From NCBI RefSeq assembly GCF_964194155.1, contig NC_135888.1, positions 99,820,001-99,884,000 of the forward strand: a stretch of DNA of 64,000 nt, in the 5' to 3' direction. A program made the translations under genes and the position numbers. Every line of letters begins with the position of its first letter. The first letter of the stretch is position 1. Source of the DNA: Cetorhinus maximus (taxonomy: Eukaryota). Positions 52,109 through 63,420 of the stretch are shown piece after piece. The notes beneath the pieces were generated by a model. It was given only the letters and a program-made list of their open reading frames with translations, was not told the origin of the DNA and searched no databases.

Positions 52109-53159
52109 AGTAAGTACAGATCATTGTGTATGTTAATACACTTTATTGATGGTCATGGACAGTGGACTGTTTTTACATGCACAATGATTGTTACCAATAA
52201 ATCAATCACTTACCAATGTTTCAGAATTCATCTTTGTAATATGTCTGCTTTACTCTTTAATTATATGCCAACCACTATTTCACCAGTAATTTAAAAAAAA
52301 ATTTAAATAATTCCATGAACATATACAGCAGCAGTAATACAATATAAACTAACCACTCAGAAGAGAAGTTGATGGGATATTGATCAAAATAAGCAAACAG
52401 CCGTTGAGCTAAGCTTAGAAATCCACAGCTTCCAAGTGAGCTGTTCTCAACAGGGGCGTGGATCAGAGGTTGGGCTACAACAATATAGGATTGAGTCTTT
52501 GACTCATGATTGTGCTTAGCAAGACTCCTCCCATAGAGCACAGGATTGCTAAATAAACCCTATGTGAAATGCAAATACCAATGACAATTTAGAAATTATG
52601 TGCAAATATTATGGACTCAGAAATGTAACTCAGGAGATTGAAACTTGTTCATTCACTGGTATGGCTACATCCAATATAATTGTAAAAAATATTGGTGGGA
52701 CAAATGCCTGTTTCAAAATCCCAAGCACCTATTCCTTAATAAGTGCAAAACTTCATAAATAATTACCATTGAGTAAAATACAGATCAAGATTCATGGGAT
52801 ATTCAGTTACATGTGTCAAAATAGTTTCTAAACAATGTCCATAGTCTTCTGAGAGACTTATTGTTGTTACAGTAAGTGTTCTAAGTGGTCATTGTGTTTT
52901 TTTAAACAATCATTAGATAATCCTCATTACTTATTGCATTCATATTGAGGTGACTTGGCTGCCAATTGTTAAGATTTTTTAAAAAAATTTTCAAATTTCA
53001 AACTTCACAATTTCATTCAAGGTATAGTCACATGGAATTTGTATGTTGCTGTGTGAACTGAGTGAGGCCTTTTCTGGGTTATATAGGTAATGCTCTTGGG
53101 CTGTTTGCTTATCAACAGTTGCTTATTACCTCCCAAATAAAGAAATAAAATAAATTGCC

Positions 53160-54370
53160 AGTGTTGAATAAGCCAGTGGAAGGGGGGAGAGGGCAGGAAG
53201 AACAAAGGACAAGGTCTGTGATAGGGTGGAGGCCAGGGGAGATTAAATAACAACAGATATCATGATGCAACAGCCAACGAGAGTGGTAAGGAATATTGTG
53301 TCCAAATGAGTCCTGAATTGCTACATAAAAACCATCTGAATGCAACATGAAGGGATAAAGAAAGAAACAAGATGAAGACCCATCCAGCAAAACAAAAAAA
53401 AAGGAGGCAGAGGTTGTGTTCTAAAGTTGTTGAACTCAATGCTGAAGGCTGTACAGTGCCAAGATGAAAAGGTGCTGTTCCTCGAGCTTGCGTTGAGCTT
53501 CACTGGAACACTGTAGCAGGCAATGGACAGAAAGGCCAGCATGAAAGCAAGGTGGAGAATTAAAATGACAAGCAACTGGAAGCTCCGGCTCGTGCTTGTG
53601 GACTGAATGGAGAAGTTCCACAAAGTGGTCAGCCAGTCTGCACTTGGTCTCCCCAGTGTAGAGAAGACCATATCATGAGCAGCGAATACAGTTTACTAAA
53701 TTGAAAGAATGACAAGTAAAGCACTGTTTCACTTGAAAGGAAATTTTGGGGCCTTAGGCAGTGAGAAGGGAGGAGGTGAAAAGGCAGATGTTGCATCTCC
53801 TACGCTTGCATGGAAAGATGCCGTAGGGGAGGGGTTGACTGAGGAGTCGCAGAGGAAATGGTCCCTACGGAATGCTGAAACGGGAGGGCAGGGGAAGATG
53901 TGTTTGGTGGTTGCATTATGCTGGAGCTGACAGAAATGGCAGAGCATGATCCATTGAATACAGAGGCTGGTGGGTTGCAATGTGAAGACAAGGGTAACCC
54001 TACTGTGGTCCTGGGAGGGAGGGAAAGGTGTGAGAGCAGAGGTGCATGGAATGGATTGAACATGTTGGTTGGCCCTGTCAACCACACCAGGTGGGAATCC
54101 TTGGTTGAGGACAAAGGAACATTTGTTGGAAGTGCTGGTGAAGAAGGTTGCATCATCAGAATAGATGCGACGGAGACAGAGAAACTGAGAGAATGGAATG
54201 GAGTCTTTACAGGAAGAAGGGTATGAGGAAGTGTAAAACAAAAATAGAATTACCTGGAAAAACTCAGCAGGTCTGGCAGCATCAGTGGAGAAGAAAAGAG
54301 TCGACGTTTCGAGTCCACATGACCCTTCAACAGAATTGTTTTTATGAGGAAGTGTAGTTGAGATAGCTCA
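53160..54370 (-). mobile_element. Penelope-like retroelement 3' part (RT thumb, linker, GIY-YIG endonuclease)
   Basis: YTSSYPSSCKDSIPFSQFLCLRRIYSDD, AFRRDHFLCDS, YCIRCS.YGLLYTGETKCRL, PVACHFN, RKLEEQHL. Confidence 0.88.
54236..54342 (-). mobile_element. 107-bp hammerhead-bearing Penelope-derived insertion
   Basis: 14-bp TSD TATGAGGAAGTGTA (54222-54235, 54343-54356); AATT-CTGTTGA-AGGGTC-ATGTG-GACTC-GAAAC-GTC-GACT. Confidence 0.8.
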
Positions 54371-54959
54371 AGGTCGTTCGAGGGAAATCTTAAGATGGTT
54401 CATATGCCTCAAAAAAACTGTTGTTGCTCAATGTCCTATTATTAGCAAGTAAGTAAGACCCTGTCCCAGCTTAACAACATTGAAGACTGTCATATTCTTA
54501 GAATAAGCTTGGTTTCCCTATTGGTAAAATCTCAGAGGTAAGAATTACATGCTGTTCAGATGAAAAGGTAATCCCCATACAGTGGAACTAAATATGATAC
54601 TCAGAATTATTGTTAATTGTTATGGTTTATTAGAAATGAAATGGCATTGTCTAATATTACCATCTATTGACAAACTAATTAAATAAATGAGTTATAGATT
54701 TTCACTTCAACTTTATAGTATTACAAAGTAAAGCAGCCATTTGAAGAATGTGGAATACACAGAGGAGGAAATACTTCAGATTTAAAATACTAATTTTACA
54801 ATTGCCATATTTAGTGTAGTTTTAAAGGAACAACATAAATGAAAATCAAACCTTAGCGTAAGGTGTAATGTTATGCAGGTTAAGTTGATTCAACAGTTCA
54901 ATTGCACCATCTAGTGTAGAGATTCTTCACTTTTCTGTTTATGGATATGGACAAATCTG

Positions 54960-57900
54960 CCATCCTTGATTACATAACTGTAAGGATGAAATTTAAACAT
55001 ATGTAGGAGAGGGATGAGGGAGATAGGTAAGAAATTAAAAAGCGGGCTTCAAATGTAGTAATTTTTGCATTATTCCCAGTGCTGCCTGCTTTTGAATACA
55101 AAAATAAGATAGTGCGGATGAATGCGTGGCTGAAGGGGTGATGCAGGTGGGAAGGCTTTAGATTCCTGGAGCATTGGGACAGTATGTAGGAGGCCATTAC
55201 AAGCCGGATGAATTGCACCTCAACAGGGCTGGGATTAATATCGTTGTGGGGAGGTTTGCTAGAGTTGTTGGGAGGGTTTAAACTAGTTTAGCAAGGGGAT
55301 GAGAACCTGAATGTAGACTAAGAAGGGAGAGAAGCAAAGCTTGAAATGGAAAGCAGAAAATTAGTAAGTGAGTATGGAAGGCAGAGGAAACATAGGCTAC
55401 GAAATAGATAAAAAAGGAGTCATTGAGTAATGGGATATACTTCAATGCAAGAGATCTAGTGAATATGGCAGATGAACTGAGGGCACAGATAGACACTTGG
55501 AAGTATGATTTTGTAGCTATAACTGAAATTTGGCTTAAAGAAGGGCAGGAAATGGCAATTCAGCGTTCCTGGTTACAGGGTTTTCAGACGGAATAGAGAG
55601 GGGGATAAAAGAGGAGGGGGTGTCACAATATTTATTAAAGCTGTGAGGGGGTATGATACGCTAGAAGGAGCATCGAATGAGGGCATTTGGATTGAATTGA
55701 GGAAGAAAAACAAAGCAATCCCATTCCTGGGAGTATACTATAGACCCACAAACAGACAAAGGGAGATAGAAGAACAAATATGTATGCACGTTGCTCAGAA
55801 GTGCAGAAATAATAGGTCAGTAATAGTCTGGATCTCAATCACTCTAATATTAACTGGGATAAAACCAGCATTAAAGGGCCCAGAATTCTTAAAATACATT
55901 TAAGAGAAGATTTTTAGCCAGTACGTAGCAGGCCCAACAAGAGAAGGGGCAGTTTTGCATTTAGTTTTAGGGAATGAAACTGGATAGCTGGAAGGGATAT
56001 CAATGGGAGAGCATTTTTGTTTTAGCGATCATAATTCAGTTAGAGTTAATGTAATTATGGAAAAGGACAAAGGTAGACAAAGTTCAAATGTTTTGAATTG
56101 GGAACTGCCCAATTTTACTAAGCTGAGATATGATTTGACGAAAATGGACTCGAAGCAGCTGCTTTAAGTTAAATCAATGTCAAAGCATTGGGAGGCATTC
56201 ACGGAGGAGCTAGAAATGGTGCAGAACAAATATGTTCCCAAAAAGAAAAAAGGTGGGACTCCCCTCAGCTCCACTCCGATATCAAACTGCATGCTGGGTG
56301 GATAAGACAACAAAAGGAAGTTTATGTCTGACACTGAGAGGTCAATAATGCAGAAAGGAGCATAGAAAGTGCAGGCTTAAATTTAAGAAGCAAATAGGTA
56401 AGCAAAGAGAGGGCATGAAAAAATAGTGGAAAATCAAGGAAAATCCAAAGATGCTTTATAAATACATAAAGATTATGAGAATAACTAAAGAACAAATGGG
56501 ACCTATTAGAGACCAAAAAGATAACCTGTGTGTGAAAGCAAAAGTGTGGACATGGTTCTCAATGAACACTTTGAATCTGTCTTCACAAAAGAAGGGGACG
56601 ATGCAGACGTTGTATTTAAAGAGGAGGAGTGTGAAATATTGGATAGGATAAATGTAGTGAGAGAGGAAATATTAAGGGGTTTAGCATCTTTGAAAGTAGG
56701 TAAATCACCAGCCCCAGATGAAATGTATCTCCCAGGCTACTAAAAGAAGTAAGAGATGAAATAATGGAAGTTCTGATCATTTTTCAATTTTCTTTCAGAT
56801 ACAGATGTGATACTGCAGCACTGGGGGACTGCTAAACTTGTACTTATGGTTAAAAGGGGAGGAAGGGGTAGACCAAGCAATTACAGATCAGTCAGCCTAA
56901 CCTCAGTGATGGGCAAATTATTGGAAAAAAAATCTGAGGAACAACATAATTCATCATTTAGAAAGGCAGATTAATCAGAGAACATCAGGATGGATTTGTG
57001 AAGGATAGGTCAAGTCTAACTTCATTGAATTTTCTGAGGCGGTAAAATGGACGTCAGCAAGGCTTTTGACAAGGTCCCATATGGCAAAGTAGTCAGAAAA
57101 GTATAAGTATGGGATGTCCATGGAAAGTGGCAAATAGGATCCAAAATTGGCTCAGTGGCAGCACTAGGTCTCTCGCTTTTTGTGGTATATATCAATGATT
57201 TAGATTTAATGTAGGGTGTAAGATTAAGAACTTTGTAGATTTTATAAAAATTGGCTATGTGGTTGATTGTGAGGGGGAAAGCTGTAGACCGCAAGAAGAT
57301 ATTAAAGGTGGCAGAAAAGTGGCAAAACGGAATTCAATCCAAAAGAGTGTGAAGTAATAAGGCAAACAAGGTAAGGGAATACACAATAAATATTAGGATA
57401 CTGGGAAGAGTAAAGGAACGGAGGAACCTTGGAGTGCATGTCCAGATATCCCTGAAGGTAGTAGGACAGGTAGATAAGTTAAGTGTTTTATCACTTCTTA
57501 ACAATTAAGAATACACACACAGCTATCTGCTTCTGAACTCTAACTTGCTGTTTTTGAAGACAGAAGGTTCCATTATTCCTTATTCTCCGCCAGAGGGCAA
57601 TACATCCAGGACTTAGCACACCCTACTGGCAGGTTTTATATAACAATTCTTTTTAACTAAAATGTCCTTTTACAAAAAGGCATAAACATTAAAAACAAAC
57701 ATCCCAATAAGGTGGTCAAGAACCAATACGGGATAATTTCCTTTATTTACCAAAACATAGAATATAAGAGCAGGGAGGTTATGCTAGAACTGTATGGTCA
57801 CTGCAATACAGGAAGAATGTGATTGCACAGGAGAGGGTACAGAGGAGATTTAAGAGAATGTTGCCAGGAATGGAGAAATTAGCTAAGAGGAAATATTGGA

Positions 57901-58320
57901 CAGGTTAGGGGTGTTTTCTTTGCACAAAAGAGAGGCTCAGGGGAGATTTAATTGAGGTGTATAAGATTATGAGAGGTCTAGATAGAGTGAATAGGAAGAA
58001 CCTATTCCCGTTACCTGAGAAGTCAATAACAAGGAGGCATAGATTTAAAGTAATTGTTAGAAGGATTAGAGGCTTGTTGGGGAAAAATGTTTTCACTAGA
58101 GGGTGGTGGGGTTCTGGAACTCACCGCCTGAAAGGGTGATGAAGGCAGAAATCCTCATTTCATTTAAAAAGCGCTTGGATAAGCACTCGAAGTGCTGTGA
58201 ACTACAAGGCTATGGTCTAAGAGCAAGAAATTGGGATAAGGTTGGGTAACTCTTTATTGGGTGACACAAACATGATGGGTTGAATGGCTTCCTTCTGTGC
58301 CATAAACTTTCTATTTTTTT
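54960..58320 (+). mobile_element. Degenerate long CR1 LINE (ORF1 esterase end, ORF2, 3'UTR)
   Basis: ORF1 ..MNAWLKG..EGFRFLEHW..YKPDELHLN (SGNH-like); endonuclease YFNAR, ITEIWL, GVYYRP, SDHN; RT KSPAPDEMY, SKAFDKVPY; many stops and deletions. Confidence 0.9.
57479..57706. mobile_element. 228-bp insertion (probable solo LTR) inside CR1
   Basis: 5-bp TSD ATAAG (57474-57478, 57707-57711) interrupting CR1 caggtagataaggtggtcaag. Confidence 0.6.
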
Positions 58321-58465
58321 TCCATAAACTGTTGGTCCAAAATTCCAATAGGGCACAAGGCGTAAAGTGGGTTGATGACCCTTTGGAGAGGCTAGAATTT
58401 ACAGGGGAACCTAGTTCTTCCAGGTTGCTGTCCCATCTAAGAAATGGCTCAAATTTCAGTCACAG

Positions 58466-58647
58466 CACTAATGTTCTTTAGGGGAGGAAATCTGCTGTCC
58501 TCACCTGGTCTGGCCTACATGTGACTCCAGACCACAGCAATGTGGTTGACTCTTAAAAAAATGCCTCTGAACAAGGGCAATTAGGGATGGGCAATAAATG
58601 CTGGCCTAGCCAGTGACGCCCACATCCCACGACCGAATAAAAAAAAA
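58466..58647 (+). mobile_element. SINE 3' half (same family as 27588-27985)
   Basis: ggaaatctgc..cctggtctggcctacatgtgactccagac..aagggcaattagggatgggcaataaatg..poly(A). Confidence 0.85.
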
Positions 58648-59010
58648 CTTGACACTGCCCACATCAGGAGACAACTTTAGGGCCACGTCTGAACGAATTC
58701 CCAGGCTATGCTGGGAATTCACTCACGGTGCCAGCTTTAGGTCCAGCAAAAGCATGCCGGCTCCACAAGGTCCTTCCAAAGCCCCTAAAAAAGTTCCCCG
58801 ACATTAGTAAGCAATTCTAGAGTGATGTCATTGCCTTAAAATAAATGCCTATTTCCTTTAAGGAAATTTTTAAAAAAAATTTGGCATTTTCTCTTCAGCT
58901 CTTTAACAGCCTCATACTCTGCCATTGGGCTGGCATAGTGGGCGGAATCGTCCCAGATTTGCACAAAGTGCGGTAGCGTGCAGGAAAAAGGACATTTTAC
59001 CCGCCAGTCA

Positions 59011-61485
59011 AACAATTATAGGCCAGTTAGTCTTATATCGGTGGTGAGCAAATTAGTAGAATCAATCCTGAGAGATAGGATTAACTGTCATATGGAAAGG
59101 CATGGACTAATCAGGGATGGTCAGCGTGGATTTGTTAAAGGAGGGTCTTGCCTCACAAATTTGATTGAATTCTTTGAGGAAGTGACAAGAAGGGTTGATG
59201 AAGGTAGTGCAGTGGATGTTGTGTACGCATGGATTTTAGCAAGGCATTTGACAAGGTCCCACATGGCAGATTGGTCAGGAAAGTAAAAGCCCATGGGATT
59301 CAGGGTAATGTGCCAAACTGGATAAAAGGTTGGCTTTGTAACAGGAAACAAGGGGTAATGGTCGCTGGATGCCCTTGCGAATGGAAAGTTGTCTCAAGTG
59401 GTGTTCCACAGGGCTCGGTGTTGGAACCCTTGCTGTTTGTGTTATATATTAACAATTTGGACGTGAACGTGGGGGGCATGATTGGGAAATTTGCAGATGA
59501 CACAAAGATTGGCGGAGTAGTGGATAGTGTAGAGGATAGCCATAATCTCCAAAACGATATAGATGGGTTGGTGGAGTGGGCGGTAAAATGGCAGATGGAT
59601 TTTAACATAGAGAAGTGTGAGGTCATACATTTAGGGAGGTCAAACAGTTACAGGGATTACACAATAAATGGGAATATACTAACAGGGATAGATGAAGTGA
59701 GAGATCTTGGCGTACAAGTACACAGGTCCTTGAAGGCAGCAGTTCAAGTGGACAAGGTTGTAAAGAAGGCATATGGAATGCTCTCCTTTATTGGCAGAGG
59801 TATAGAATATAAAAGTAAGGATATAATGTTGGAATTGTATAAAACACTGGTGAGGCCATAACTGGAGTATTGTGTGCAGTTCTGGTCACCACATTACAGG
59901 ATGTAATAGCTCTGGAGAGTGCAGAGGAGGTTTACAAGAATGTTGCCAGGGTTAGAAAAGTGTAGCTATGAGGAGAGATTGGATAGGTTGGGGTTATTTT
60001 CCTTAGAACAAAGAAGGCTGAGAGGTCGTCTTCTTATCGTGTCCACGGACAGTCTATACATGGCCCAGCCAGAACTGGACACATTTTTGCGCCTTGTTGT
60101 TGAATTCAGCAAGATCTGCAACAGTGCTGGGTTCCTCTAGCGATAGATATTGCATGAGATGTTGCATAGTCTATGGCTCAGTTACACATTCACAAGTTGT
60201 CGGACAGGTTGTATATCCCCATTTGCTTAGTAACACCTTTGAACACCAATCTTAAGTCTGTTAAGGCACTTCCAGGTTGCCCAGTTGCAATTAGTTCCTG
60301 GAGGAAGGCTTTCATCCGGTAGAATTTCCATCGCTGGGGGTTGTTCGAGACTGGCGAGCCGGTCTTTCCGCAAGGCGATGCGGGCTTCAGATGGGGTTGA
60401 TTGTAATGGAACAACACTGTTCATGAAGCTCTTCCTTGACTTTAGGCGGCTGGGTGTAGGTGTATGACCATGTAGAGAGTGCCTCTCATCTGATGTTTGA
60501 CAGAGTCGCTCTTTCTTGCTGGCTACCATTCTTCTTATATCAGGGGGAGCGATACCCGCCAGGATAGATAGGCTGTTGGTGTTAGTTGGTTTTAAACAAC
60601 ATGTGATAAGTTGGCAGCTTGCATTCAGAACGGCATCCATCTTCTTAGTATGAGTAGATCTTTCCCAAGCAGGGCAGGCATATTCGGCAGTGGAATAGCA
60701 AAGAGCAAGTGCACTGGTTCGCAAAGTTTTTGAGCTTGCTCTCCATTTTGTGTTACTGAGCTTATTCAGGATGTTGTTTCGTGTGCTCACTTTTGCCTTT
60801 GTCTTTTCGATGTGGTTCTTGAAGGTGAGGCATTTGTCAAGAGTGACTCCTAAGTAGATAGGGTGCTCACAATGTGTCAGTGTTGCTCCACACCAGGTTA
60901 CTTTAAGCTGGCGTTTGGGTTCACGGTTTCTGAGGTGGAATGCACAAACTTGCGTCTTTGATGGGTTTGCGCGAAGGTGGTTTTCTTCATAGTAGGATGT
61001 TAGTCCCTCCAAGGCCTCAGAAAGCGTTTTCTCCATGGTGTTAAAATCAGTGCTTTGGGCAGTGACACATAAGTCATCAGCATATATAAAACTGAGAGGT
61101 GACTTGATTGAGGTGTACAAAATTATGAGGGAAATAGATAGAGTGGACAGGATAAAATTGTTTCCCTTGGTGGAGAATTCTAGAACCAGGAGACATAGAT
61201 TCAAGATAAGTGGCAGAAGGTGTAGGGGGGACATGAGGAAGAACTTTTTTACGCAGAAGGTAGTGGGTGTCTGGAATTCACTGCCCAAGTTGGTGGTCAA
61301 GGCAGAAACTCTAAACTCTTTTAAAAAGTACCTGGATCTGCACCTTAAGTGCTGTAAGCTGCAAGGCTATGGGCCGGGTGCAGGAAGATGGGATTAGAAA
61401 GGGCACCTGGGTGTCCTTGGGCTGGCATGGACAAGATGGGCCGAATGGCCTCCTTCTGTGCTGTAACTTTTCTATGGTTCTATGG
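59011..61485 (+). mobile_element. 5'-truncated CR1 LINE nested in Harbinger F
   Basis: NYRPVSLIS, DFSKAFDKVPH, GVPQGSVL, FADDTK, LYKTLVRP, RGDLIEVYKIM; (TTCTATGG)2 tail. Confidence 0.95.
60027..61091 (-). mobile_element. 5'-truncated Vingi/Ingi-like non-LTR retrotransposon nested in CR1
   Basis: 9-bp TSD CTGAGAGGT (60018-60026, 61092-61100); YADDL, NHLRANPSKT, YLGVTLD, LALCYSTAEYACPAW, RLKSRKSF, WKCLNRL, degenerate zinc knuckle CEC..TMQHL; no RNase H; ends gacacgataagaag. Confidence 0.8.
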
Positions 61486-61695
61486 CGGGCTTTTGCGTCA
61501 TATTGTCCCATTCCCGGCGCGTCCTGCCTCATTAATAGTGCATTCCTGGGAAACATGCTGGATCACTGGTGGAGCAGCCTCTGATTCGCCCGCCCTGCCG
61601 TCACCTCAGGCCTTCAGTAATCTGGGCGCCATATTTAAAGGGTGCCCCTGAACAGAGCTAGCACTCTCAAAGGGATCGGAAACTGCTGCAAAGTC

Positions 61696-63420
61696 ATGCT
61701 GCCAAAGGTAGAAAACACATTGCCCCCAAATTTAGTGATGCCTCCCTCGGGCGCCGACTGAATGCAGTAGAGGCCCGCCATGAAGTCCTCTACCCCCGCT
61801 CTGGGTGAAGACCAGAAAGCAAGATCACCAATCCAGCATGGGAGGCAGTGGCAGCAGTGGTCAGCGCTAACACCCTGCAAAAGAGGACAGCCGCCCAGTG
61901 CCGAAAAAAGGTGAATGTTCTCCTCCATTCTGCCAGGGTAAGTCGCTCTTCACATCACTCTCAACTTACACACTCACAAACCCATCACACATCCACAGGG
62001 ATCTCTCTTACTGCCAGTTCAAGGAGCATCATCATTCACTCTCTCACACACACCTTCACCTGCCCTGCAGATTGCTTCCTCACCCCATCATGGCACCACT
62101 CACCACCCACACATGCCAGGAATCCTTCTCATCTGACCTGGCAGGCGTCCTGCTTATACTCTTTCCACCTGTTTTCATGCAGGACAAGATGGCACACAAC
62201 AAAAGAGAGAGGTCACAGACTGGTGGAGGAATGCCTGACGTTAAGGTCCTCCCAGACTTTGAAAATAGAGTCATCCAGCTGGATTGACGATCTGGACCAT
62301 CCCTGTGCTGATGGTGAGGTCGGCTGTGCTCAACTAAGTGAGGACCCAGCAGTGCAATATCCATCAGACAACCATGCTGTGAGTCAGTTCTCCTGTTACG
62401 CAGTCCCCTGCCATGCACTAATTATCTCTCCTTGCTATTGCAGGCACATCTGGGAAGCAGCCAAGGGGGGTCCACAAACCAGGTCTCGACTCAATCCCCA
62501 AGGACACCTCAGAAGAAGAATCTGATGACACACTAATTGAGGACCTGCCACAGCGTTCACCCACACCCTCCACCAGCGCAGAGACACACACCTCAGGGCG
62601 ACCTAGTTCTAGAGTAATCTCGGGGTCACAATCCGGTGAGCCCATCACGTTGTCTGATCCACAGCAGGTGGCGGCAGAGACTTCCCAGGTTCCCAGCACT
62701 TGGAGGAATACTGGAGGCTAGAAATTTGCTGAGTCCAAGTTAGATGACGAGCCTCTGGACTTAGTCATGTCACAGTTGTGGGAGCTACAAAGGCAAGCTC
62801 TGGAACACCAGGAAGGGGTGTCCACTCTATTCCTCAGATTGCGAGGCACAATGGAGGATTCCATCTGCCTTCAGTCTGAGGTGATAGCGTCGGCATGCTA
62901 ATGCACTGAGGTCAACAACGGTAGGATGGCGGCTGCCATGGAGAACTTGGTTCAGGACATCAGTCCTGCACTGCTGCACAGGCTGAACTCCATCACTGAC
63001 AGCATAGTTGGCCTCCAACAGTGTCAAAGCGAGAGGCATGTGGGGCAGCTTGATCTCACTCCAGCTACCCCTTCTCCTCAAGGAGTCAGCCTGGGACCCC
63101 GGGCATCCATAGGGAGGATGACCAGGAGGTGCACATTCCGGAGCCATCATTCGGGTGACTCTGGGAGTGTCCAGCCCATCCGATTCCCCTCTTCTTGTGA
63201 CCCCAGCAACTCCAGCTCCACAGGCCGAGGAGGGTGCCACTGCCACACAGTAAGACCCCAAAAACAGGCCGGGCCCTCCAGATCTCTGCCCTCCAGAGGA
63301 TGCCCACCAAGGTCATCACAGACAGGGCGTAGCAGTCAGCAGGCTGCCTCCACTTCCGCTGTGGATGTCCGGAGAGTACCGACACTTAACGGCAGGGTTA
63401 GGAAAGTTAAGAAGATGTAG
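61696..63420 (+). pseudogene. Harbinger Myb/SANT gene, three exons, disrupted
   Basis: APKFSDASL..AWEAVAAVVSA..QCRKKVNVLLHSAR|gtaagt (61938), acceptor 62182, DKMAHNKRERSQTGGG, second intron ending ctaat..ttgcag (62443), ends GRVRKVKKM-TAG; in-frame stops and frameshifts. Confidence 0.88.

Noticed and set aside
60227-61300. 357-aa ORF as a single gene
   Set aside because: Chimeric: the first ~70 codons are antisense CR1, and the rest is the 5'-truncated Vingi-like RT starting at the TSD
61696-63420. Host MSANTD/NAIF1-like gene
   Set aside because: In-frame stops and a frameshift after the ATG; at least four paralogous copies bounded by TIRs
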